A DNA stretch of 32,000 nucleotides, from the NCBI RefSeq assembly GCF_000014785.1, contig NC_008340.1, forward strand, positions 2,100,001-2,132,000, read 5' to 3'. Source of the stretch: Alkalilimnicola ehrlichii MLHE-1. GTDB lineage: Bacteria; Pseudomonadota; Gammaproteobacteria; Nitrococcales; Halorhodospiraceae. The translations under genes and the position numbers were made by a program. Below, in pieces: positions 1 to 13,687 of the stretch. Within the stretch, counting starts at the first letter, position 1. The number at the start of each line of letters is the position of its first letter. Below the pieces are notes generated by a model. It saw nothing but the letters and a program-made list of their open reading frames with translations. It did not search any database and was not told where the DNA came from.

Positions 1-596
<596 letters not shown>

Positions 597-662
597 CGGA
601 CACCGGCGCGCGCCCCTTCAGAGCGACCGCCGGCACCGGGGTACCGCCGGGGCGGTGGGTGG

Positions 663-806
663 GGCGGCTGAGGGTCTGGCCGGCGGGCGGGGGTGTCCGT
701 CACGGGGCGTCGGCGGCCAGGGATGGCCGCCGTCGAGCGTACAGGGATGTATTCACAGCGTCCCCGTGACGGACACCCCCGCCCGCCGGCCAGACCCTCA
801 GCCGCC
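663..806 (-). repeat. Copy A of a long-hairpin element: 45-bp perfect inverted arms (663-707 / 762-806) around a 54-nt core (708-761)
   Basis: Left arm GGCGGCTGAGGGTCTGGCCGGCGGGCGGGGGTGTCCGTCACGGGG is the exact reverse complement of 762-806; core reverse complement is ACGCTGTGAATACATCCCTGTACGCTCGACGGCGGCCATCCCTGGCCGCCGACG. Confidence 0.95.
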
Positions 807-2135
807 GTCAGGGCCATGCTCCTCGCAGATCAGGCGGTAGCCGGGCCTCGCCGTGAAGCGCTTGGCGGTACCCAGGTTGGCGATGGCGACCACCTCCTCG
901 CCGCGGCGCAGAATCGGAACGCGGTCGCGCTCCCAGGGAGGGATCCCGGCCTCCTGAAAGCGCTTCGACAACGGACGGTGCCCCGGGTCGTGGGCCAACT
1001 GGCACCGCTCCCCGCGACGACGACGCCCCACGCTCAGGCCCTCGGCCCCGATCAATGACGGCGCAATACCCTCATCCGCGCGCACCAGGCGCAACACCCC
1101 CACACCGGGGACCACCAGCGGCACCCGCAGGTCCCACTCGCGATCTGGCCCGGGCCAGGGTGGCGGCCCACCGGCCGGGAGCCGGTGAATCCGGTCGCGG
1201 TAACGGCGCAGCTCCCCCTCCGGCCAGGTAAGCACCGGCTGCCGGTCCCGGCCGGCCCGGATCAGGTCGGCCAGCCCCTGCTCCAGGCGAGCGCGGGGGG
1301 GCGGCCGCAGGCCGGACATCAGCAGCCAGTGACGGACCAAGTTGCGAGCCCGCGCCGGACTGAGTCGGGCAAGGACAGAGACCGCCAGCCCCGGCCCCGG
1401 TGGGTGGCGGGCCAGGTCCTCCCCGGCCAGCTCACGCAGCAGGGCCTCCGCCTCGGCCTGCTCGCCGGCGGCGCGGCCGACGCGGCGACTGGCGTCGGGC
1501 CAGCGCTGCGTCAGCACCGGCCAGAGGGTGTGGCGCAGCCAGTTACGGTCGTGGGCGACGTGCGCGTTGCTGGGGTCCTCGACCCAGCACAGGGCGTGGG
1601 TGTCGCCGTAGGCGCGCAGCCGCTCGCGCGGCCAGGGGAGCAGCGGGCGCAAAAGCCGACCGCGCCCCAGCGGCCGCTGCGCGCGCATTCCGGCCAGGCC
1701 GCGGGGGCCGCTGCCGCGCAGCAGGTGCAGCAGGACGGTCTCCGCCTGGTCGTCGGCGTGATGGGCGGTGAGCAGGGCCTCGCCCGATTGCAGGTGCGAC
1801 GCCAGGGCAGCGTAGCGCGCCTGGCGGGCAGCGGCCTCCAGCCCCTCCCCGCTGTCGCGCCGGACCTCAACCGGCAGGACCAGGCAGTCCACCCCCAGGG
1901 CAGCGGCCTGCTGCCGGCAGTGCTCGGCCCAGGCATCGGCCTGCGGCTGCAACCCGTGGTGGATGTGCACCGCGCGCAACGGCAGCTCGCGGGCCGCGCT
2001 GAGCGCGGCCATCAGATGCAGCAGGACCGTGGAGTCCAGCCCCCCCGAATAGGCCACGCAATAGCCCGACGCAGGGCCAAGCACCGCAAGGTGCCGGGCC
2101 AGGGTCTCGGGGCTCAGTTCGGGGGTCGGGGCCAT
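798..2135 (-). CDS. tilS: tRNA(Ile)-lysidine synthase
   Basis: 445-aa ORF with PP-loop motif (YSGGLDST) and HHADDQAETVLLHLLRGSG, typical of TilS; position next to accA. Confidence 0.93.
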   Translation of the reverse strand: MAPTPELSPETLARHLAVLGPASGYCVAYSGGLDSTVLLHLMAALSAARELPLRAVHIHHGLQPQADAWAEHCRQQAAALGVDCLVLPVEVRRDSGEGLEAAARQARYAALASHLQSGEALLTAHHADDQAETVLLHLLRGSGPRGLAGMRAQRPLGRGRLLRPLLPWPRERLRAYGDTHALCWVEDPSNAHVAHDRNWLRHTLWPVLTQRWPDASRRVGRAAGEQAEAEALLRELAGEDLARHPPGPGLAVSVLARLSPARARNLVRHWLLMSGLRPPPRARLEQGLADLIRAGRDRQPVLTWPEGELRRYRDRIHRLPAGGPPPWPGPDREWDLRVPLVVPGVGVLRLVRADEGIAPSLIGAEGLSVGRRRRGERCQLAHDPGHRPLSKRFQEAGIPPWERDRVPILRRGEEVVAIANLGTAKRFTARPGYRLICEEHGPDGG

Positions 2136-2162
2136 GGCGGGTCGGGGCCGTGCCCCGGGGGG

Positions 2163-3119
2163 TTACTCGCGGAACTGACCGAAGGCCATCATTCGCTGGT
2201 AGCGATCAGCCAGCAGGGTCTCGGTGGACTGCCCCTCCAGCGCCTGCAACTGCTCGCGCAGCTCCGCGCGCAGGCTCTCCATCATGGCCTCGGGGTTACG
2301 GTGGGCGCCGCCCAGGGGCTCTTCCACCACCCGGTCGTTGAGGCCGAGTTCGTGCAGCCGGTGCGCGGTGATACCCATCGCCTCCGCAGCGTCGGAGGCC
2401 CGCTCGGCGCTCTTCCAGAGGATGGAGGCGCAGCCCTCCGGTGAAATCACCGAGTAGACGCTGTAGCCCAGCATCAGCAGCCGGTCCCCGACGCCGATGG
2501 CCAGCGCGCCACCGGACCCCCCCTCGCCGGTCACCGTGCAGATGATGGGCGTGCGCAGTCGGGCCATCGCCGCCAGGTTGCGGGCGATGGCCTCACTCTG
2601 TCCACGCTCCTCGGCGCCGACACCGGGGTAGGCGCCGGGGGTGTCGATGAAGGTGAAGATGGGGAGCTGGAAGCGTTCGGCCATGCGCATCAGGCGCAAC
2701 GCCTTGCGGTAGCCCTCGGGCCGGGGCATGCCGAAATTACGCCGCACCTTCTCGCGCGTGTCGCGGCCCTTCTGGTGACCGATCACCATCACCGGGCGGC
2801 CATCGAAACGGGCGACCCCGCCGACGATGGCCGGATCATCGGCGTAGGTACGATCCCCGTGCAGCTCCTCGAACTCTTCGAACAGGCCGTCGATGTAATC
2901 CAGTGCGTAGGGGCGGTTGGGGTGCCGCGCCAGCTGGGCGATCTGCCAGGCGGTCAGGTTGGCAAAGATCTTCTCGGTGAGGACGTGGCTCTTCTCCTGC
3001 AGCCGCTGGATCTCCTCGCTGATATTCACCTCGGCGTCGTGGCCGACGTGACGCAGCTCTTCGATCTTCGCCTCCAGCTCGGCGATCGGTTGCTCAAAAT
3101 CCAGGAAGTTCAGGTTCAT
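2163..3119 (-). CDS. accA: Acetyl-CoA carboxylase carboxyltransferase subunit alpha
   Basis: 318 aa: [22 protein letters not shown]...[14 protein letters not shown]...[39 protein letters not shown]. Confidence 0.98.
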
Positions 3120-3211
3120 CGGGTCCAGGCAATCCGGCGTTTGGGGGCATAACCGTAACCCCGGGCCGGAACCTGCGCAAGCGCTGATCCAGCCACCGGG
3201 CCGTTACCGGC

Positions 3212-3793
3212 TCACTCGCCCTGCTTCTGTTGCGCTTTGATCTGCAGCGACTGCTTATGCAGCGTGTATTGCAGCACCTTCTGCTGATCCTCCTCGCGGA
3301 TGTGCTGAAAGGCGACGGCCACCCACCACTGGCCGGGCGCGTCCTCCTGGCTGCGGACCACCCGCCCGCCCGCAAACACCGTGCGCCGCATCTCCAGCAG
3401 GCCCAGCCGGATCACCATGCATTCGCCCACCAACACCGGCTGCACGGTGCGAAAGGCGACGCCCCCGGCGCTGAGATTGACCTGCTGAAGATCGGCGCGG
3501 GTGTTGCGCCGATCCCAGTGCAGCATCCGGTCCGCGAGCATTTCCAGACGCTGCTCGACCAGCTCGAACAGTGCCCGGATCTCCGGCTCCTGGACCCGCC
3601 TCAGCTTCTCGGCGCGCCGACTGAGCGCGGCGAAGGTCTCCTCGGCCGCCACGCCCAGGTCCTCCTCCCGGCGCAGCTGTTCCATCACCGCCCCGATCCG
3701 GTTCGGGGCCACCGCCACCCAGCTCAATGCCAGGGTGTCGTCGATACGAAAGAATTGGCGGCGCTCCTGATTGTCGTGGCTGGCATCGTTCAT
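3212..3793 (-). CDS. PilZ-domain-like protein with long helical insertion
   Basis: Start chosen at MNDASHDNQERRQFFR; the ORF track extends to 3826. RxxxR (RQFFR) and NxSxxG (NLSAGG) motifs are present but separated by about 90 residues. Confidence 0.7.
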   Translation of the reverse strand: MNDASHDNQERRQFFRIDDTLALSWVAVAPNRIGAVMEQLRREEDLGVAAEETFAALSRRAEKLRRVQEPEIRALFELVEQRLEMLADRMLHWDRRNTRADLQQVNLSAGGVAFRTVQPVLVGECMVIRLGLLEMRRTVFAGGRVVRSQEDAPGQWWVAVAFQHIREEDQQKVLQYTLHKQSLQIKAQQKQGE

Positions 3794-3873
3794 GCGCTCC
3801 CCCCTCTGGGGGTAACCCTGATACAAGCGGGTTTACTTGGCAAGGGACCGTGGACGCAACGCACCCGATGGCG

Positions 3874-4676
<803 letters not shown>

Positions 4677-4680
<4 letters not shown>

Positions 4681-5081
4681 GGCGACTCCCTCCGCGCCAG
4701 CAGGACGACCCGGTCCGCACCGGCGTCCCGGAGCGCATCCAGCACCGCCATCAACCGTCCCGCAGCCACGTCCCCGTCCGCCTTGATCTGGACGGCCTTC
4801 TCGGCCAGGTCCTCCGGCCAGTCCTGCAACGCAGCGGGCAGCGCGGCCAAGTCCAGCTCCCGGCTGTTCAGGGCCAATTGCCCCTCCCCACCCAAGAGCA
4901 CGACCAATTCGTCCGGTGCGGTCTCCTCCGGGCTGGTGCTGAACGGCAGCGCCACCTCGAATGGCATGGGGCGGGTGAACATGCCGGCCATCATGAAGAA
5001 GATCAACAGCAGAAAGACGATGTTGATCAGGGGGATGACGTTCTCTTCCGGCAGGCGGCTCTCTTTCTGCGGCAACTGCAT
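4677..5081 (-). CDS. exbD: ExbD/TolR-family biopolymer transport protein (second copy, Asn variant)
   Basis: 134 aa, [23 protein letters not shown] transmembrane segment; ATGA overlap with tonB. Confidence 0.88.
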
Positions 5082-5085
5082 GGGG

Positions 5086-5478
5086 TCACTCCCGGGCCAG
5101 GCTCAGGTTGTGGCCACCGGCCGCGCGGATGCCGTCCATGGCCGCCACCACGGCGCGCAGGGGCGCATCATCGTGGGTCTGAAGGCGGACGGGCCGGTCC
5201 GGATCCGCCGTGAGGCCGTCACGGACCCGTTGCTTCAGGACGGACAGATCCACCGCCTGGCCCTCCATACGGAAGCGGCCGTCGGCATCGACACTGACCC
5301 GCAGGGCCGTGAGTTCGGCCACCGCGTCGCCGCCCTCACCCGCTGCGCTCACCGGCACCGCCCGCCACTGCGCGAAGGTGGTGGCGAGCATGAAGAAGAT
5401 CAGCAGGATGAAGACGACATCGATCAGCGGGGTCAGGCTGACCAGTCGCCGCCGCTTGCGCCGCTGCTCAAGTTGCAT
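5086..5478 (-). CDS. exbD: ExbD/TolR-family biopolymer transport protein (canonical Asp copy)
   Basis: 130 aa, VSLTPLIDVVFILLIFFMLATTF with conserved Asp. Confidence 0.92.
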   Translation of the reverse strand: MQLEQRRKRRRLVSLTPLIDVVFILLIFFMLATTFAQWRAVPVSAAGEGGDAVAELTALRVSVDADGRFRMEGQAVDLSVLKQRVRDGLTADPDRPVRLQTHDDAPLRAVVAAMDGIRAAGGHNLSLARE

Positions 5479-6187
5479 GGGCCACGGCGCGTGCGGGGGG
5501 CGCTGCCGGGGCGGTGTCCATTACCCCCTCGGGCGGCTGTTCGTGCCAGACCCGCAGGGTGAAGACGCGGGTCACGGCGTCCTCCAGACGATGGCGGAAC
5601 TGGTCGATGTAACGCTCCAGCAGGCTCGCCAGCGCGATGGCGGGGATGGCCAGGGCGAGCCCGGCCGCGGTGGTCAGCAACGCGACCCAGATCCCCCCGG
5701 AGAGCAGCGCGGGATCCACGTTGCTGCCGGCCCCTTCGAGCTGCTGGAATGCCTGAATCATACCGATCACCGTGCCCAACAGCCCCAGCATCGGCGCCAG
5801 GGCCCCGATGACCTCCAGGCCGCGGATCATGCTGCGCAGCCGCTCCATACTGGCGCTGGCAATACGGGTCACCTCCTCGCGCACCAGTTCGGTGGGCACC
5901 TGACGGTCCAGACATCCGCGCATGGCCACGGCCAGCACCGGGCCGGCCGGGTTGCGGGTATTGCTCACGGTGTCCAGGGCGGCCTGGTCCCTGCCTTCGC
6001 GCCAGTGCTGCAGGGCCTCCTCGACAAAGCCCATGCGGGTGAGGCGCACGGCACGGAACTGCCAGACCTTGAGCAGCACAATGGCCAGGGTCAGCACCGA
6101 GAGCGCGGCGATGATCTTGAGCACTGGGCCGCCGGCGTCCAGGAAGGCGGCCAGCGCGGCGAGGGTTCCATTGGCGGTTTCAGTCAT
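5468..6187 (-). CDS. exbB: ExbB/MotA/TolQ-family proton channel protein
   Basis: 239 aa, SMRSMIRGLEVIGALAPMLGLLGTVIGMIQAFQQLEG...GGIWVALLTTAAGLALAIPAIALASLLERYIDQF. Confidence 0.94.
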   Translation of the reverse strand: MTETANGTLAALAAFLDAGGPVLKIIAALSVLTLAIVLLKVWQFRAVRLTRMGFVEEALQHWREGRDQAALDTVSNTRNPAGPVLAVAMRGCLDRQVPTELVREEVTRIASASMERLRSMIRGLEVIGALAPMLGLLGTVIGMIQAFQQLEGAGSNVDPALLSGGIWVALLTTAAGLALAIPAIALASLLERYIDQFRHRLEDAVTRVFTLRVWHEQPPEGVMDTAPAAPPARAVAHAT

Positions 6188-6220
6188 AGCGGCTATCCGA
6201 TCGTTTCACGATTGTCCGCC

Positions 6221-6249
6221 AAAATATTGCGGATGCGAATCATTTTCAA
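6221..6249 (-). promoter_or_regulatory. Putative sigma70 promoter with overlapping Fur-like box for exbB-exbD-exbD-tonB
   Basis: Reverse strand TTGAAA (6244-6249), 17-nt spacer, TATTTT (6221-6226). GAAAATGATTCGCATCC (6231-6247) overlaps the -35/spacer and resembles a Fur box (12/19 to the 19-mer GATAATGATAATCATTATC). Confidence 0.5.
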
Positions 6250-6287
6250 CAGGAAATCTTCCCGAATCACCCAATCCTTGCTCCGGA

Positions 6288-9836
<3,549 letters not shown>

Positions 9837-10026
9837 TGTCTTCCTGTTCTATCCGGAGGAGCCGGGGGGCAGGCGGTATCTCGAAGCAGGGCTCACCGTC
9901 CCTGGTCGGCCCCACCGAAAAACCTTGCAAGCTACAGACCAACCCCATTCGGCACTATCATCAGGCCCTTGGCGGGGCGAGGCAGGCCCGCTGCGCGGCA
10001 GATGCCGCAACCCTGTGGCAAACCAC

Positions 10027-10635
10027 TCAGCCCAGCAGGCATCGGCGCACCGGCGCGAAACTACGCCGGTGCGCCGGGCAGGCCCCCAGGGTCCGCAGGG
10101 CCTGCAGGTGCTCGGTGGTCGGGTAGCCCATGTGGCGCTCGAACCCGTAGCCGGGGTACTGCTCGGCCAGGGCCCGCATCTCGGCGTCGCGCGCCTGCTT
10201 GGCCAGGATGGACGCCGCGGCAATGGCCGGCACCCGGTCATCCCCCTTGACGATGGCCTGGGCAGGACAGGGTAACGCCGGCGCCCGGTTACCATCCACC
10301 AGCGCCTGCACCGGCGCGGGATCCAGCCCGGCCACCGCCCGCTGCATGGCCAGCATGCTGGCCTGCAGGATGTTCAGCCGGTCGATCTCCGCCACCTCGG
10401 CACGGCCCAAGGAAACGGCCAGGGCCTGGGCGCGGATCCGCCGGTCCAGCTCTGACCGTCGGGCCGCGCTAAGGCGCTTGGAATCCCGCAGACCGGCGAT
10501 CGGCCGGTCCGGGTCCAGGATCACCGCTGCCGCCACCACCGCGCCGGCCAGAGGACCGCGTCCCACCTCGTCCACTCCGGCCAGGAGTACGCTAGCCCTG
10601 CCATCCAGCGGCAGGGTGTCCATCGGCGCGGTCAC
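10027..10635 (-). CDS. rnhB: Ribonuclease HII
   Basis: 202 aa, [25 protein letters not shown]...[23 protein letters not shown]. Confidence 0.96.
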
Positions 10636-11780
10636 GACCCGTTCCCCCCGGCCGCGGCGAGCACGGCGGCGGCCGCCTGCCCATCCGCACCCCGCCGCAG
10701 GGTGCCGTGCAACTCCGCGAATCGCGCCCGCAAATAGGCCGATCGCGGCTCGTCGTTGAGCAGGCGGTAGAGGGCGTAGGCCAGGTTGTCGGGGGTGGCC
10801 GCGTCCTGCAGGTACTCCTCCACCAGGCCCTCCCCGGCCAGCAGATTAGGCTGCGAGACATGGCTGACCCTCACCAAGCGTTTCATCAGCCAGAAGGTCA
10901 GCGGCGCCAACCGGTAGGCCACCACCATGGGCCGTTTGAGCAGCATGGCCTCCAGTGTGGCGGTGCCCGACGCCGTGAGCACGACGTCGGCCGCCGCCAT
11001 GACCTCGTCCGCCCGACCCTCGAACAGTTGCACCGCGTCGGACACGCCCTGCTGAACCAGCGCCTCGTAGAACACCGCACGCAAACCGGGCCAGGCCAGC
11101 GGCGCGATGAAGCGAACATCCGGCTGGCGCTCCCGCAGCCGGGCCACGGTGCGGGCGTAGAGCTCGGCATGGCGCTGAACCTCGCCCAGACGGCTGCCGG
11201 GCAACAGCGCCACCCACGGTCCTCCGCCGTCGTCGACGAGGCCCAGCGCGGCCCGCGCTGCACCGGCGTCGGGCTGCAAGGGAAAGCGATCCGCGGCGGG
11301 GTGGCCCACGAAGTCCACCGGCACGCCGTGCCGGCGATAAAACTCGGCCTCGAAGGGGTACAGGGCCAGGATCCGATCCACCGAACGCCCGATGGTCCGC
11401 ACCCGGCCCTGCCGCCAGGCCCAGACCTGGGGGCTGACATAGTGCACGGTGGGCACGCCCACGGCCTTGAGCCGGCGCTCGATGCTGAGATTGAAATCGG
11501 GCAGGTCGATGCCCACAAAGACATCCGGCGGGTCCGTCCGGTAGCGCGCCACCAGGTCGCGACGGATCCGTAGCAGGCGCGGCAGATGGCGCAGCACCTC
11601 CACCAGGCCCATCACCGACAGGGCCTCCATCGGGTAGTGACTGCGCAGCCCCTCGGCCTGCATCAGGGGACCGCCCACGCCATCGAATTCGGCCTCCGGA
11701 CACCGCGCCCTGATGGCGCGGATCAATCCGGCACCCAAACGATCACCGGAGTGCTCGCCGGCCACCAACGCCACCCGCAT
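10632..11780 (-). CDS. lpxB: Lipid-A-disaccharide synthase
   Basis: 382 aa, [22 protein letters not shown]...[19 protein letters not shown]...[19 protein letters not shown]. Confidence 0.97.
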
Positions 11781-11794
11781 GCGCCCCCCTGGGG

Positions 11795-12571
11795 TTACCG
11801 CAGAATACCGCGATTGCTGGCGGCGATGAAGGCCGCCAGATGCTCGAGATCGGGGTTCTCTTTGCCCAGCAGCCGCAGTTCCTCCAGCGCGTCATCCAGG
11901 CGCTTGCCGGATTTGAAGATCAGCCGGTAGGCGCGCTTGAGCTCACGGATACGCTCCGGGCCCATGCCATGGCGCCGCAGCCCCACCACGTTGATGCCAT
12001 GGGGTTGGGCCATGTGGCCGGACACGGTAGTGAAGGGCAGTACATCGCGGTTGATGACACTGCCGAAGCCGCAGAAGGCATAGGCACCGATGCGGCAAAA
12101 CTGATGCACCAGGGCGAAACCACCCAGGATGGCGTGGTCTTCCACATCCACGTGGCCGGCCAGAGAGGCGGAATTGGCAAAGGTGATGTCGTTGCCCAAA
12201 CGACAGTCATGGGCCACGTGGCTGTAGGCCATGATCCAGTTACGGTCACCCAGACGGGTCAGGCCGCCGGCCTCCGGCGTGCCCCGGTTGAGGGTGACGT
12301 ACTCGCGGATCACGTTGTCGTCACCGATCTCCAGCCGGGTGGGCTCGCCGGCGTATTTCTTGTCCTGCGGGTCATCGCCGATGGAGGCGAAGGGGTGAAT
12401 GCGGTTGTTCCGGCCCAGTCGGGTGGGCCCGTTGATCACCACGTGGGGGCCAACCCGTGTTCCGGCGCCCACCTGGACATCCGGCCCGATCACCGTGAAG
12501 GGTCCGACCGTCACCCCCTCGTCCAGTTCTGCCGAGGGGTCCACCACTGCCTTTGGATCGATCCGGGTCAC
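11795..12571 (-). CDS. lpxA: UDP-N-acetylglucosamine acyltransferase
   Basis: 258 aa, IDPKAVVDPSAELDEGVTVGPFTVIGPDVQVG...MAYSHVAHDCRLGNDITFAN...HMAQPHGINVVGLRRHG. Confidence 0.97.
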   Translation of the reverse strand: MTRIDPKAVVDPSAELDEGVTVGPFTVIGPDVQVGAGTRVGPHVVINGPTRLGRNNRIHPFASIGDDPQDKKYAGEPTRLEIGDDNVIREYVTLNRGTPEAGGLTRLGDRNWIMAYSHVAHDCRLGNDITFANSASLAGHVDVEDHAILGGFALVHQFCRIGAYAFCGFGSVINRDVLPFTTVSGHMAQPHGINVVGLRRHGMGPERIRELKRAYRLIFKSGKRLDDALEELRLLGKENPDLEHLAAFIAASNRGILR

Positions 12572-13035
12572 GCCTCTTTCACCGTGCAGCGAATCTCGGC
12601 CTCGGCCGCCAGGGCATCACCCACCCAGGCCTGGGCCTGGAACATCCACAGCCCCCGCATCACCCGCTTGAGGCTGGCCTCCAGGCGGAGTTGATCGCCG
12701 GGCTCCACCGGGCGTTTAAACCGCGCCTTGTCGATCGCCACCAGATAGATAATGTGGTTACCCCCGAGTTCCTCCTGTTCGCTCTTGAAGGCAAGCATGC
12801 CACAGGCCTGGGCCATCGACTCCAGGATAAGCACCCCGGGCATCACCGGTTTCTGGGGAAAGTGGCCGGCGAAATAGGGCTCGTTGATGGTGACATTCTT
12901 GATCCCCACCAGCCGTTCCCGCTTGCTGAACGCCACCACCCGGTCGATCAGCAGCATAGGATAGCGGTGTGGCAGGTTCCGCATGATGTCATTGATATCC
13001 GGCAGGGCGATAGAGGTTTCCGTCGATGCGTTCAA
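12568..13035 (-). CDS. fabZ: 3-hydroxyacyl-ACP dehydratase FabZ
   Basis: 155 aa, [19 protein letters not shown]...[29 protein letters not shown]. Confidence 0.97.
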   Translation of the reverse strand: MNASTETSIALPDINDIMRNLPHRYPMLLIDRVVAFSKRERLVGIKNVTINEPYFAGHFPQKPVMPGVLILESMAQACGMLAFKSEQEELGGNHIIYLVAIDKARFKRPVEPGDQLRLEASLKRVMRGLWMFQAQAWVGDALAAEAEIRCTVKEA

Positions 13036-13132
13036 TGCTTAATCTTCCTTTCCGTCGTGTTCCTTGCGCGCGGCGGACCGCGGTGCGCCACGTGGCGACC
13101 GACCGGTGGGAACGGACTCCGGCGCGGGCGGA

Positions 13133-13666
13133 CTATTGCGCGGTGCGGTGCTGTTGTTCCAGGCGCTCGATGACCTTATCGGTGATATCCACCTGCTCGC
13201 TGGCGAACACCACACCCTCGCTAAGCACCAGGTCGTAATCGTTGTCCCGGGCCACTTCGTGGATGGTCTCCAGGATGCGCCTCTGAAGCCGGCTCAGCTC
13301 CTCGTTGCGCCGCATGTTGAAGTCTTCGCGGAACTCCTCCTGACTGCGCCGGATCTCCCGCTGGCGGGAGGCCAGCTCCCGCTCCATGCGGCGCAGTTCC
13401 GCCTCGCTCATCGCCGCCGCTTCGCGGGTGAGGCGCCGTTCCAACTCGGCCACTTCCTGCTGAAGCTCCGCCAGTTGCTGATCGCGGCCGGAGAACTCGT
13501 CTTCGAGCAGGGCCCGGGCGGCATCGGCCTGAGGCGCCTCGGCGGTCACCCGTGCCGGGTTGACGAAACCGATGCGCAGCTCTGCGGCCACCGGCCAGGA
13601 CAGCAGGCACAACAAAAGCCCCAGGAGCACGGGGCGCGCTAAACCGGTGTGTGTCGCTGCCATCAC
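13133..13666 (-). CDS. skp: OmpH/Skp family periplasmic chaperone
   Basis: 177 aa with signal peptide, RIGFVNPARVTAEAPQADAARALLEDEF, charged coiled-coil body; located downstream of bamA. Confidence 0.85.
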   Translation of the reverse strand: MMAATHTGLARPVLLGLLLCLLSWPVAAELRIGFVNPARVTAEAPQADAARALLEDEFSGRDQQLAELQQEVAELERRLTREAAAMSEAELRRMERELASRQREIRRSQEEFREDFNMRRNEELSRLQRRILETIHEVARDNDYDLVLSEGVVFASEQVDITDKVIERLEQQHRTAQ

Positions 13667-13687
13667 GCCATTGCCCGCCGATATCCG

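Noticed and set aside
663-806. Simple rho-independent terminator interpretation of the long hairpins
   Set aside because: A 36-45 bp stem with a 54-nt structured core is far larger than needed, and neither copy is followed by a T-tract on the transcribed strand. Some effect on transcript 3' ends is still possible.
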